Shown: positions 18,045 to 27,809, counted from the first letter of the stretch. The stretch is 32,000 nucleotides of DNA from Longivirga aurantiaca (GCF_042660085.1 NZ_JBHSTI010000008.1:330001-362000), one strand, 5' to 3'. Notes: generated from the sequence alone by a model not told the origin. Program-made: numbers and translations.

Positions 18045-19361
18045 TCAGGCGGGTGGGGCCTCGGGCTCGGTCGCGGGGTCGAGGTGCGGAGCCGTCGCAG
18101 CCTGGGCCTTCGCGCGGCCCAGGGTCTCTGGCATCGTCGCCGACATCGCGAGGGTGATCAGCATGATCACGGCACCGATGGTGAACCCGAGGCTGTAGGA
18201 CTTCGTGGAGTCGACGATAGCGCCGACGATGAGCGGTCCGGCGATGGCGCCGACGTCGCTCATCATCTGGAACGTCGCGACCACAGGACCTTCACGGCGG
18301 CCGCCGGTGATGTCGCCGACCACCGCGGACGGCCCGGCGCCCAGGTAGGCCGACCCTGCGCCCAGCACGGCCATGGCGCCGAGGAACGCCCAGAGACTGC
18401 CGGTCAGGGCGAGCGCCAGGAAGCCGATGGCCGTGATCCCCGTCCCGAGCATGAGCGCGATCCGGCGGCCTTGGGTGTCGGTGGTGCGCCCGGCTCGTGA
18501 GAGCAGAGGCGCCTGCACGGCTGCGGAGGCGAGCGCGCCGTACCCGGCCCAGGCCGGGTCGAGGCCGAGGCTGTTGACGACGAACAGCGGGACGATGGCC
18601 GAACGCAGCCCGAACGCGGTGAAGCCGCTGCCGAAGTTGACGACGAGGGCGGTGACATAGGCGCGGTCGCGCACCGCCTGCCGCATGATCGCCCAGCCGG
18701 AACGGCCCGCGGCCGCGGCTGCGTTCGACGGCTTCTCCGGTGCATCGAGCAGACGTGTACGGGACATCGTCGTGATGACCACGACGACCGCGGCGCCGAG
18801 GGTCGCGGCGTACACGAAGAACGGCAGCCGGATGGAGATCCCGAGGACGATGCCGCCGACGGCCGGGCCGGTGACCCCACCGAGCAGGAACCCGCCCTGG
18901 AACGCTGCGGCAGCCCGGCCGCGCTGCTCGGGCGCGGCGACGCGGATCAGCAGCGCGAGGGCCGACACGGTGAACATCGCGGAGCCGAGGCCGCCGATCC
19001 CTCGCAGCACCAGCAGTTGCGCGAACGAGGTGGACAGGCCGGCGAACGCCGACGAGACCGCGACGATCGTGAGACCCACGATCAGCGTCATGCGCTCACC
19101 GACCCGGTCGACGATCCAACCGGCAGGAAGCGCGCCGATCAGGCGCATGAGTGCGAAGACCGACACGACCGAGGCGGCCCAGAACGCCGTGACCTCGAAC
19201 TGCTGGGCGAAGATCGGGATGGCCGGGGCGACGATGCCGAAGCCGAGCGCGACGCAGAAGGCGACCGCGGCCAGCACCGCGACCTCGCGCGGCAGCCCCT
19301 CGAGCCACGGCAGGCTGCGCACGCGCGATCCGAGGGTGCGACGGGTGCCGGGCTCGCTCAT
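18045..19361 (-). CDS. MFS transporter
   Basis: 12-TM-like protein with the MFS motif A-like loop AGWIVDRVGERMTLIVGL and RLPFFVYAATLGAAVVVVI. Confidence 0.93.
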   Translation of the reverse strand: MSEPGTRRTLGSRVRSLPWLEGLPREVAVLAAVAFCVALGFGIVAPAIPIFAQQFEVTAFWAASVVSVFALMRLIGALPAGWIVDRVGERMTLIVGLTIVAVSSAFAGLSTSFAQLLVLRGIGGLGSAMFTVSALALLIRVAAPEQRGRAAAAFQGGFLLGGVTGPAVGGIVLGISIRLPFFVYAATLGAAVVVVITTMSRTRLLDAPEKPSNAAAAAGRSGWAIMRQAVRDRAYVTALVVNFGSGFTAFGLRSAIVPLFVVNSLGLDPAWAGYGALASAAVQAPLLSRAGRTTDTQGRRIALMLGTGITAIGFLALALTGSLWAFLGAMAVLGAGSAYLGAGPSAVVGDITGGRREGPVVATFQMMSDVGAIAGPLIVGAIVDSTKSYSLGFTIGAVIMLITLAMSATMPETLGRAKAQAATAPHLDPATEPEAPPA

Positions 19362-19605
19362 CGCGGAGTCACGCAGTCGCCAGGCACGTCGCGCATCCTC
19401 TCACCCGCGTCGCCAACGGTTTGCGATGAAGGGGGCCTTCGTTGCTCAGAGCGCAACAAACTGGGCATTCACGCGGACGGCGGCTCCCTGGCGTCCGTCC
19501 GCCTCTTGCTTGGCTTCCCTGCATGCCACGGTCCGGCTGTGGGCAGCACATGAACGGACGTGTCCGCCGAAGGCAGTGGAAGCTCATCGATCGGGAAAGA
19601 GAGGG

Positions 19606-21567
19606 TCAGGCGGAGCGGCGGCGTCCTCCGGAGCGGCGCTTGAGGTAGTCGCTGACGACGTAGTCGCCGAGACGGTCGCCCTCGGGGGCCAGCACGCGGC
19701 CACCGTTGCGGCGCGCGATGTCGTCGAGGAAGCGGGCGAGGCGCGGCTCGTGGCCGAGGCGGAAGAACGACAGCGGGACGCCGCGGCGCGTCATCTTGTC
19801 GACCTCGGCCAGCGTGAGCTCGATCGTCTCCGGCCCCGGCGGCCACTGGAACCACCACTCGCCATCACGGTCGAGGTGAGCCGTCGGCTCGCCGTCGGTC
19901 ACCACGAGCACGACGGGCTCCGCGTCCGGATGCTTGTCGAGGAAGCGCCCGGCGAGCATCAGCGCGTGCTGCAGGTTGGTGCCCTGCACCTCGTTGGCAT
20001 CGAGGTCGGGCAGCTCGTGCGGCGCGATGCGCCGGGCGAGGTTGGCGAACGCGATGATCTCGACGGCGTCGAGCGGGAACTGCGTCGTGGCGAGCGCGTG
20101 CAGCGCCATCGCCGTGGTCTTCGCCGTACGCCAGGTGTCGTTCATGACCATCGAGAACGACTGGTCGACCAGCAGCACCACCGCCGCGCGGGTGCGGCGC
20201 TCGGTCTCGCGGATCTCGAAGTCCTCCGGCCGCAGCAGCGGTCCGTCGCTGTCGACCATGCGACGGCGTACGGCGTTCGACACCGTCTTGACGACGTCGA
20301 GCGGCTGCTCGTCGCCGAAGCGCCACTCGCGCGTCGTGCCCGTGAGCTCGCCCGCGGCACCGGCGTCGTGGACGTCGTGGTCGCCGCGGCCGCCGGACTC
20401 GAGCGATGCGAACACCCGGCGCAGGGCTGTCTGCCCGATGCGACGGATCGCCTTGGCGGTCAGCTCGATCTCGCCGCCCTTGCGCGTGAGGTAGCCCTGC
20501 CGCTCGAGCTCGCGCTCGATCTCCTGCAGCCGCTTGAGGTCGTCGACGGCCTGGCGCCCCAGGGCGCGGGCGACAGCCTCCTCGTCGACGTCATCGAGCG
20601 AGGCGCCGGCGTAGTCCTGCCCGAGGGCCTCGGAGAGGGCGTCGAGGTCGGCGAGGTCGGCGAGCGCCTCGGTGGCGTCGCCGAGCCCGAGCGGCTCGTC
20701 GCCGCGCAGCCGCTGCCGCCCGCTCCAGGGGAGATCGGGCCGCATCGCGCGCAGGTTGTCGGTGAGGCGCCCCATCTCCGACGCGAGATCCATGTCGCCG
20801 AGGGCGTCGGCCATCAGCTCGGCGAGCTCCTGGCGCTGCTCGGGCGTCATCGACTCGAGCATGCGCTGCATCGCGGCGGCCTGGCGCGCGAGCTGGTCGA
20901 GCAGCTGCTCGATGTTCTCGGGGTTCTCGGGGAAGAACTCGCCGTGCTCGTCCATGAAATCGGCGAAGTCCTGCTCGGTGTCCTCGCCCCGCGCGTGCTT
21001 CTCGAGCATCTGGTTGAGGTCGGCCATCATGTTCTTCAGACGCTCGCGCGACTCCGACCCGGCCGGGTCCTGCAGGGCCTGCTTCATGCCGCGGAACTGC
21101 TGGTCGAGCACGTCGCGGCGCAGCATGTCCTTCAGGTCGTCGAACGTCTGCCGCGCCTCGGGCGAGCGCCAGTCGTACTCGGACAGCTCGCGCACCGCCC
21201 GCGACGTTGACGACGGCAGGTTGTCGAGCTGCGTCTCGCGGAAACGGGCGTCGTCCGACGGGTCGGGGAACAGCGCCTGCTTCTCCCGCTCCACGGCCCG
21301 GTCGAGCATCTCGGCGGCCTTCTCGAGCATGCCGTCCATGCGGCCGGACCGCTCGAGCGAGCGCCGCCGCTGCTGCACCTTGCGCATGAGGTCGTCGAGA
21401 CCTCGGACGCCGTCGGCGCCGCGCTGCAGCAGGTCGCGGACGGCGTCGCGCACGTCGAGGCCGTCGAGCACGCGGTCGCCGAGCTCGTCGACGGCGCGGC
21501 CGGCGTCGTACGGCGCAGCCAGGGGATCGGGCCCGTCGTCATACGCGCCGTAGCGGAAGCGGTTCAT
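19606..21567 (-). CDS. VWA domain-containing protein (chelatase/CoxE-like)
   Basis: VVLLVDQSFSMVMNDTW (MIDAS DxSxS), VQGTNLQHAL, VVLVVTDGEPTAH. Long Glu/Arg-rich N-terminal region. Confidence 0.9.
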   Translation of the reverse strand: MNRFRYGAYDDGPDPLAAPYDAGRAVDELGDRVLDGLDVRDAVRDLLQRGADGVRGLDDLMRKVQQRRRSLERSGRMDGMLEKAAEMLDRAVEREKQALFPDPSDDARFRETQLDNLPSSTSRAVRELSEYDWRSPEARQTFDDLKDMLRRDVLDQQFRGMKQALQDPAGSESRERLKNMMADLNQMLEKHARGEDTEQDFADFMDEHGEFFPENPENIEQLLDQLARQAAAMQRMLESMTPEQRQELAELMADALGDMDLASEMGRLTDNLRAMRPDLPWSGRQRLRGDEPLGLGDATEALADLADLDALSEALGQDYAGASLDDVDEEAVARALGRQAVDDLKRLQEIERELERQGYLTRKGGEIELTAKAIRRIGQTALRRVFASLESGGRGDHDVHDAGAAGELTGTTREWRFGDEQPLDVVKTVSNAVRRRMVDSDGPLLRPEDFEIRETERRTRAAVVLLVDQSFSMVMNDTWRTAKTTAMALHALATTQFPLDAVEIIAFANLARRIAPHELPDLDANEVQGTNLQHALMLAGRFLDKHPDAEPVVLVVTDGEPTAHLDRDGEWWFQWPPGPETIELTLAEVDKMTRRGVPLSFFRLGHEPRLARFLDDIARRNGGRVLAPEGDRLGDYVVSDYLKRRSGGRRRSA

Positions 21568-21571
21568 CGCC

Positions 21572-22999
21572 TCAGGCTCCGCCGTAGACCGCGCGGCCAC
21601 CGCCGGGCACCTCGTCCTTGGAGATGCGCCGCGTCAGGTAGAGGCCCTCGAGCACCGTCTCGAGGCACGCGGCCACGATGCCCGGCGACTCGCCGCCGGA
21701 GTCCTCGCCCTCGAGCGCGGCCACGATGCGGCCGAGGCCTTCGACCGGGCCGACCCGACGCAGGATCTCCTCGCTCGTGACGAGGTCGCCGACCTCGATG
21801 GACGTGCCCTCGTCGAAGCGCGTGATCAGTGCTGCGAGGTCGACGCCGCCGAGCCGCGCTCGGAACGTCTCGGCCACCGCGCGCTTCAACAGGTGCTGCA
21901 GCACCTCCTCCTCGCGGCCCTCCTCGCTCACCTCGAACTCGACCTTGCCGCGCAGCGTCGGCACCACGGCCGGCAGGTCGCCGACGCGCGCGACGCCGAG
22001 CGCCTCGCCGGTGATGGCCGCGCGCCGCAGCGCGCTCGCCGCGAGCGACTCGGCTGCCGCCACCGAGAACCGCGCCGAGACGCCGGAGCGCTGATCGACG
22101 GCGGTCGACTCGCGGACGAGCCGCGTGAAGCGGGAGACCACCTCGAGCAGGTGGTGCGGCACCTGTGCCTGGAGGTCTGCCTCCTGGCGCACGAGCGAGA
22201 TCTCGTCGGCGAGGCGCAGCGGGTAGTGGGTGCGGATCTCGGCGCCGAAGCGGTCCTTCAGCGGCGTGATGATCCGGCCACGGTTGGTGTAGTCCTCGGG
22301 GTTCGCGCTCGCGACGAGCATGAGGTCGAGGGGGAGGCGCAGCGCGTAGCCGCGCACCTGGATGTCGCGCTCCTCCAGCACGTTGAGCAGCGACACCTGG
22401 ATGCGCTCGGCGAGGTCGGGCAGCTCGTTGATGGCGAAGATGCCGCGGTTGGTGCGCGGCACGAGGCCGTAGTGGATCGTCTCGGGGTCGCCGAGGGTGC
22501 GGCCCTCGGCCACCTTCACCGGATCGACGTCGCCGATGAGGTCGCCCACGCTGGTGTCGGGCGTGGCGAGCTTCTCGCCGTACCTCGCCGAGCGGTGCAG
22601 CCATCCGACGGCGGTCGCGTCGCCGTGCGTCGCGACCTGGCGCTTGGCCCAGACCGAGACGGGGTCGTACGGGTGCTCGTTCAGCTCGCTGCCCTCGAGC
22701 ACCGGGGTCCACTCGTCGAGCAGGCCGACGAGGGTCCGCAGCAGGCGCGTCTTGCCCTGCCCGCGCTCGCCGAGGAGCACGAGGTCGTGGCCCGCGAGGA
22801 TCGCGCGCTCGAGCTGCGGGCGCACGGTGTCCTCGATGCCGACGACGCCCGGGAAGGGGTCCTCGCCGGCGACGAGGCGCGCCACGAGGTTGGTGCGCAG
22901 CTCGGCCTTGACCGTGCGGTGCTCGTGCCCGGATGCCCGCAGGGCGCCGAGCGTGCGGGGGAGATCGGCGGGGGCGTCGGGGACGCGCAGATCGGTCAC
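21572..22999 (-). CDS. MoxR/magnesium-chelatase-type AAA+ ATPase
   Basis: GHDLVLLGERGQGKTRLLRTL (Walker A), GIFAINELPDLAERIQVSLLNVLEERDIQVRGY, LMLVASANPEDYTNRGRIITPLKDRFGAEI. Precedes the VWA gene in transcription order with a 4 bp gap. Confidence 0.92.
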   Translation of the reverse strand: MTDLRVPDAPADLPRTLGALRASGHEHRTVKAELRTNLVARLVAGEDPFPGVVGIEDTVRPQLERAILAGHDLVLLGERGQGKTRLLRTLVGLLDEWTPVLEGSELNEHPYDPVSVWAKRQVATHGDATAVGWLHRSARYGEKLATPDTSVGDLIGDVDPVKVAEGRTLGDPETIHYGLVPRTNRGIFAINELPDLAERIQVSLLNVLEERDIQVRGYALRLPLDLMLVASANPEDYTNRGRIITPLKDRFGAEIRTHYPLRLADEISLVRQEADLQAQVPHHLLEVVSRFTRLVRESTAVDQRSGVSARFSVAAAESLAASALRRAAITGEALGVARVGDLPAVVPTLRGKVEFEVSEEGREEEVLQHLLKRAVAETFRARLGGVDLAALITRFDEGTSIEVGDLVTSEEILRRVGPVEGLGRIVAALEGEDSGGESPGIVAACLETVLEGLYLTRRISKDEVPGGGRAVYGGA

Positions 23000-23205
23000 C
23001 TCACGACCGTACGTCGCCGCACCGACGAGCGCACCAGGTCGGCCGTACGCCGAACGCAGAGCGACCACGGGAATACGGGTCGCAGGCTCCGCTGAACCTG
23101 CGTGGCGCGACCGCGCCGGCGTTACAGCGGCGTCACCGGAACAGGTGGTGCACGGACGGGTGATGTTTGCTGAACGAGACCCGCGCGCTGGGCCAGGATG
23201 TGCGC

Positions 23206-24402
23206 GTGACCTCCCTGGCCGTGACCACGCGCACCGGCGACGGCCTCGCCCTCGGTCCCGACCTGGTCGACGCCGCCCGCCGAGCCGTCGCCTCCGCGCT
23301 CGCCCAGCTGGGCCCCGGCCCTGCCCCGGACCTCGCCCTCGTCTGGGTCTCGGGAGGGACTCCGGAGCAGACCGACGCCGCGCTGAAGGTCGCCTCCTAC
23401 GGCATCGGCGCGTCCACCACCCTCGGGTGCACGGCGTACGGCGTGATCGGCGCCGGCCGCGCCGTCGAGTCCGATCGCGCCGTCAGCGTCTGGGCTGCAC
23501 GCCTGCCCGGCGTCAGCCTGCGGTCGTTCCACCTCGAGGTGCTGCGCACCTCGGAGGCGATCGCGGTCGTGGGCATGCCCGAGCGCAGGGTCGACGACGC
23601 CGTCGGCGTGCTTCTCGTCGACCCGTGGTCGTTCCCGGTCGACGGCTTCGTCGGCCAGTCGTACGACGTCCTGCGCGGGCTCCCGCTCGTCGGTGGCCTC
23701 GCGTCGGGATCGGTCGAGCCGGGCGAAACCCGGCTGCTCGTCGACGGCCGCGTGGTCGACCGGGGCGCCGTCGGCGTCGTGATCGGTGGCGACGTCGCCG
23801 TGCGCACCCTGGTGTCGCAGGGCTGCAGGCCGATCGGCAGGCCGATGACGGTCACCGCGGCCGAGGGTCACCGCATCACCGGGCTCGCCGGCCAGTCGCC
23901 GCTGGTGCAGGCGGAGGTCGCGATCTCCGAGCTGCCCGAGGACGCCCGCGACATGGCGGTGCACGGCCTGCACCTGGGCGTCGCTATGGACGAGTACGCG
24001 CTCGAGCACGGGCGCGGCGACTTCGTCGCCCGCGGCCTCGTCGCGGCCGACGACCTCGACGGCTCGATCTCGGTCGGCGACGTCGTGCCCGTCGGCTCCA
24101 CGGTGCAGTTCCTGCTCCGCGACGCATCGACCGCGCACGAGGACCTCGCCGACGAGCTCGACGGGCTGCGGCGCGAGATCGGCTTCGAGCGCGTCGCCGG
24201 GGCGCTGCTGTTCACCGGCGACGGCCGCGGTCGCGAGCTCTTCGCCTCTGCCGAGCACGACGTCGCGGCCGTGCGCGGCAGCCTCGGCGTCGAGCACGTC
24301 GGCGGGTTCTTCGCCTCGGGCGAGATCGGCCCGGTCGGCGGGCGCAACCACGTGCACGGCGTCACGGCGACGGTGCTCGCGTTCGAGGACTCGGCGAGGT
24401 GA
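23206..24402 (+). CDS. FIST N/C domain-containing sensory protein
   Basis: ASYGIGASTTLGCTAYGVIGAGRAVESDRAVSVWAARL, LPLVGGLASG, VQFLLRDASTAHEDL, GALLFTGDGRGRELFASAEHDV, GGFFASGEIGPVGGRNHVHG. ORF may begin at ATG 23167. Confidence 0.85.
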   Translation: MTSLAVTTRTGDGLALGPDLVDAARRAVASALAQLGPGPAPDLALVWVSGGTPEQTDAALKVASYGIGASTTLGCTAYGVIGAGRAVESDRAVSVWAARLPGVSLRSFHLEVLRTSEAIAVVGMPERRVDDAVGVLLVDPWSFPVDGFVGQSYDVLRGLPLVGGLASGSVEPGETRLLVDGRVVDRGAVGVVIGGDVAVRTLVSQGCRPIGRPMTVTAAEGHRITGLAGQSPLVQAEVAISELPEDARDMAVHGLHLGVAMDEYALEHGRGDFVARGLVAADDLDGSISVGDVVPVGSTVQFLLRDASTAHEDLADELDGLRREIGFERVAGALLFTGDGRGRELFASAEHDVAAVRGSLGVEHVGGFFASGEIGPVGGRNHVHGVTATVLAFEDSAR

Positions 24403-25319
24403 CGCTCGCGCTCGCGCTCGACGTCGGCGGCACGAAGATCGCCGCCGGTCAGGTGCGGCGCGACGGCGAGGTCGTGGGCTACGTCCGCGAGGCCACGCCG
24501 CAGACCGACGACCCCGAGGCGGTCTGGCGGGCCGTCGTCGAGGTCCTGGACCGCGTGGTCGACGAGGAGGGCGACGGGTACGACGCGGTCGGCATCGGCT
24601 GCGGCGGGCCGATGGAGTGGCCCGCCGGCGTGGTGTCGCCCGGCAACATGGCCGCGTGGCGCGGCTTCCCGCTCCTCGAGAGGGTCCGCGAGCGCTACGC
24701 CGGGGACCGCAGGATCGCGATCCACAACGACGCCGTGGCGCTGGCGGTGGCCGAGCACCGCTGGGGTGCGGGTCGCGGCAAGGCGCACGTGCTCGGCATG
24801 GTCGTATCGACGGGGGTCGGCGCGGGGCTCGTCCTCGGGGGTCGTCGCGTCGATGGCAAGACCGGGAACGCCGGCCACCTCGGCCACACGATCGTCGCGC
24901 CCGACGGCGAGGTCTGCCGGTGCGGTGCGCGCGGCTGTCTCGAGCCGATCGCCCGCGGTCCCGCGATCGCGGCGTACGCCGTCGCCCTCGGATGGCAGGG
25001 CGAGCAGACCGGTGTGGCCGTGGCCAGGGGCGCACGCGAGGGCGACCCCGCCTGCCTCGCGGCGTTCGACCGGGCCGGGCGTGCGGTCGGCCAGGCGCTC
25101 GCGTCCGCCGCGGCACTGCTCGACCTCGACGTCGCCGTGGTCGGCGGCGGGGTCTCGCAGGCGGGGCACGTGTTCTGGGACCCGCTGCGCGCGTCGTTCC
25201 ACGAGCACGCCGGCTACGACTTCGTCGAGGGCTGCAGGATCACGCTGCCGATGCTCGGTCCGACGGCTGGAGTCGCCGGCGCCGCCGCCCTGGTGCTGGA
25301 CGACGGTGCCGGCGGGTAG
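24399..25319 (+). CDS. ROK family sugar kinase / transcriptional regulator-type protein
   Basis: LALDVGGTKIAAGQV (ATP-binding), NDAVALAVAEHRWGAG, VVSTGVGAGLVLGGRRVDGKTGNAGHLGHTIV, CRCGARGCLEPIA (ROK zinc motif). GTGA overlap with the FIST gene. Confidence 0.93.
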   Translation: MTLALALDVGGTKIAAGQVRRDGEVVGYVREATPQTDDPEAVWRAVVEVLDRVVDEEGDGYDAVGIGCGGPMEWPAGVVSPGNMAAWRGFPLLERVRERYAGDRRIAIHNDAVALAVAEHRWGAGRGKAHVLGMVVSTGVGAGLVLGGRRVDGKTGNAGHLGHTIVAPDGEVCRCGARGCLEPIARGPAIAAYAVALGWQGEQTGVAVARGAREGDPACLAAFDRAGRAVGQALASAAALLDLDVAVVGGGVSQAGHVFWDPLRASFHEHAGYDFVEGCRITLPMLGPTAGVAGAAALVLDDGAGG

Positions 25320-25329
25320 CTCGGCCGGG

Positions 25330-25968
25330 TCACCGGGCGGAGCGGGCACGGAATGCGAACACGGCCGACGCGATCCCGAGCGTGAGGGCCACGAGAGCGA
25401 TGTTCACCGCGAGCGAGTACTGGGGTGCCGGGTCGATGGCGAGGCGCTGCAGCACGTTCACGACGTCGTACAGGTTGGCGACGAGCGACGCCGCGGCCAC
25501 CAGGGCCGCCGTGACGCCCAGCCCGATCGAGCGCTCGGTCACCGCCCACGCCGCGATCGCGACGGCGATCGACAGCAGCGGGGTGAGGCTGCGGCCGGTG
25601 AGATCGCCGTGCAGCAGCGACGGTGCCAGCACCTGGACGCTGATGACCGCGACGAGAGCGATCAGTCCGGTCACGACGAGCGGCTTGACCCGCGCGGGCT
25701 CCCCCTGCTGCCCCCGCCGCGCAGCCCAGACGGCGACCGCGGCGTACGCCATCGGCAGGGCGAGCAGCCAGTAGACGTTCACCGGAAGCCCGATCGCGGT
25801 GTCGACGAGCCCGCCGAGGTTGGTGGAGTAGATGGCCCCCGGCGCCGAGCCCGTGTCCATGATGTAGAACGGCATGGCGCCGGCCACGGCGAGTGCGAGC
25901 GCGAGGAGTGGCACGGAGTACTGCGAACGCATGCTGACCGCTGCGCGGGTGGTGACGGCCTGGCTCAT
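25330..25968 (-). CDS. Hypothetical multi-pass membrane protein
   Basis: MSQAVTTRAAVSMRSQYSVPLLALALAVAGAMPFYI..., about 6 hydrophobic helices. Confidence 0.7.
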   Translation of the reverse strand: MSQAVTTRAAVSMRSQYSVPLLALALAVAGAMPFYIMDTGSAPGAIYSTNLGGLVDTAIGLPVNVYWLLALPMAYAAVAVWAARRGQQGEPARVKPLVVTGLIALVAVISVQVLAPSLLHGDLTGRSLTPLLSIAVAIAAWAVTERSIGLGVTAALVAAASLVANLYDVVNVLQRLAIDPAPQYSLAVNIALVALTLGIASAVFAFRARSAR

Positions 25969-26116
25969 GATGACGATCCCTCCGGTCGTGGAGCCCTGGT
26001 GAGCTCCTGTCGGGACGGATCCTTCGGCCGTCGTGCCTCTCCCGTCTGTCTGCCCGCCGACACTTCGACGAGGTCGACCTCGCCCCACCGCAGACGTTGT
26101 CTGATGCACTGGTCCT

Positions 26117-26578
26117 ATGACCGTCGAGGTGTCCGTCCGCATCGCCGCGCCGCCGGGGCTCGTCTACTCGCTCGTCGCCGACCTGTCGCGCATGCACGAG
26201 TGGAGCCCCGAGACGACTGAAGTGCGGTGGCTCGACGGGGCCACCGGTCCCGTCGTCGGTGCGAGGTTCCGCGGCTCGAACCGCAACGGTCGTCGGGCGT
26301 GGTCGACCACGTGCACGATCCTCGCGCTCGACCCGCCGCGCGAGATCGCCTGGCGCGTCTCCGCGTACGGCCTCAGGGTGTCGCGCTGGTCGTACCGCGT
26401 CGAGCCCGGCGACGACGGCGGCACGGTCCTCACCGAGTCGACCGACGACGAGCGCACGTCGCTCCTGCGTCTCGCGGCCCCTGCCGCCACCGGGGTGAGC
26501 GACCGTGGCGAGCACAACCGGCGCACGATGACCGAGACCCTCGAGCGCATCAGGGCCGCAGCCGAGGCCGGCCGCTGA
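26117..26578 (+). CDS. SRPBCC family protein (polyketide cyclase/dehydrase-like)
   Basis: MTVEVSVRIAAPPGLVYSLVADLSRMHEWSPETTEVRWLDGATGPVVGARFRGSNR. Confidence 0.85.
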   Translation: MTVEVSVRIAAPPGLVYSLVADLSRMHEWSPETTEVRWLDGATGPVVGARFRGSNRNGRRAWSTTCTILALDPPREIAWRVSAYGLRVSRWSYRVEPGDDGGTVLTESTDDERTSLLRLAAPAATGVSDRGEHNRRTMTETLERIRAAAEAGR

Positions 26579-26615
26579 CCGGGACGGCCACCCGTCGCCG
26601 GCTGTGGCCCCCGCG

Positions 26616-27809
26616 CTAGAGCCCGCTGTCGAGCATCGGGTCGACGCCGAATCCGGTGTCGCCGCTGCTGTCGAGGCCGCCGGTACCGCTGCCGAGCAGC
26701 CCGCCGCCGAGCAGCCCGCCGCCCAGGTCGTCGAACAGCGAGTCGGGGAGGTCGACGATCGTGCCGGACGGCATCGTGACGCCCTGCTCGCTCATCTCGA
26801 CGACGAGGGTCATGTCAGGCGCCGAGCCGTCGCCGGTCTGACGCGCGAGCTCGCCCAGCGGGATCTCCATCCTGGTGACCACGCCGTCCTTGACCCACAC
26901 GTCGACCACGAGCTGCGGGTCGCCGGGGATCTCCGACAGCGCGTCGTCGGGTGCCGACTCGCCGACCAGGTCCTCGACGGCGGGGATGACATCGGCCACG
27001 ACGGCCTTGATCGGAACAGTGGCGCGGAGGTGGTCGCCGTTGTCGTCCGAGCCCTGCTCGGTCACGGTGACGTGGTCGCGCACGCTCTGCTGGATCTTGT
27101 CGGCCAGCGCCTGCACCTTGGCGTCGTCCGGCTTCGGCTGGCTGCCACCGAGGCTCTCGGTCTCCTTCATGAGCTTGCCGAAGGCGGAGTCGGGGCCGGT
27201 CGCGATGCGAAGCGGCGATCCTTCGGCGAACTTCACGAAGGCCTCGCCGTCGGGGCCCATCGTCGTTCCGAGCTCGGTCATGCTGTCGAGGAGGCTCTCG
27301 ACCTCCGGCATCCCGAGCGCCGTGAGGTTCTGCGCGACGACCAACGACTCGGGCGCGACGACGAGATCGACCGCGGCCTCGCCGTTCATGAGCAGCACGT
27401 ACTGCTGCGTGTCGCTGCCCTTGTCCCAGGCCACGCGCACGGCGCCGTTGTCGAGCATCTCCTGGGCCGCTGCGTCGCCGATGTCGGCGACCCGCACCGA
27501 CACCGTCATGCTGCCGCTCGGGCGGTCGGTGGTGGCCGACAGCGCACGCTGGAGCTTCACGTCAGGACGGTTGAGCAGCACCGCCGCGGCGACGCCGCCC
27601 ACGATGAGCAGCAGGACGACGCCCAGCGCCGTGCCCACGAGCCACGGACGCCTGCTGCGCGGGGCGCGAGGCTCGGCCGCGGGCAGGACGTCCGGCGAGC
27701 CACCGCCGTGGAGGGTCTCGAGCGGCGACATCGAGGTGGGGGACTCCCAGCTGATCGGCGGCGCGCCGTCGATGCTCTCGCTGCCCGTGCTGCCGTCGCT
27801 GTCGGCCAT
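26616..27809 (-). CDS. Hypothetical membrane-anchored extracytoplasmic protein
   Basis: MADSDGSTGSESIDGAPPISW..., single TM RRPWLVGTALGVVLLLIVGGVAAAVLL, large extracytoplasmic domain, Gly-rich C-terminus GGGLLGGGLLGSGTGG. Confidence 0.7.
   Translation of the reverse strand: MADSDGSTGSESIDGAPPISWESPTSMSPLETLHGGGSPDVLPAAEPRAPRSRRPWLVGTALGVVLLLIVGGVAAAVLLNRPDVKLQRALSATTDRPSGSMTVSVRVADIGDAAAQEMLDNGAVRVAWDKGSDTQQYVLLMNGEAAVDLVVAPESLVVAQNLTALGMPEVESLLDSMTELGTTMGPDGEAFVKFAEGSPLRIATGPDSAFGKLMKETESLGGSQPKPDDAKVQALADKIQQSVRDHVTVTEQGSDDNGDHLRATVPIKAVVADVIPAVEDLVGESAPDDALSEIPGDPQLVVDVWVKDGVVTRMEIPLGELARQTGDGSAPDMTLVVEMSEQGVTMPSGTIVDLPDSLFDDLGGGLLGGGLLGSGTGGLDSSGDTGFGVDPMLDSGL

Noticed and set aside
13698-19361. 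Possible secondary-metabolite cluster (amidase, SnoaL-like cyclase, methyltransferase, MFS, with a P450 nearby)
   Set aside because: Interleaved with ung and CYTH housekeeping genes on mixed strands, no PKS/NRPS/terpene or RiPP core enzyme, and the P450 is 8 kb away beside ilvA.
18685-21210. 841-aa plus-strand ORF (and similar very long ORFs such as 9872-12043 -, 11115-13058 -, 8150-9568 -, 13536-14999 -, 23122-25116 -)
   Set aside because: GC-rich shadow ORFs antisense to well-supported genes; translations are low-complexity Arg/Ala/Pro/Gly text with no domain signatures.
22497-24398. N-terminal extension of the ROK ORF (940 aa)
   Set aside because: It overlaps the FIST gene in another frame and the ATPase gene on the opposite strand; the ROK start is GTG 24399 by motif and overlap logic.
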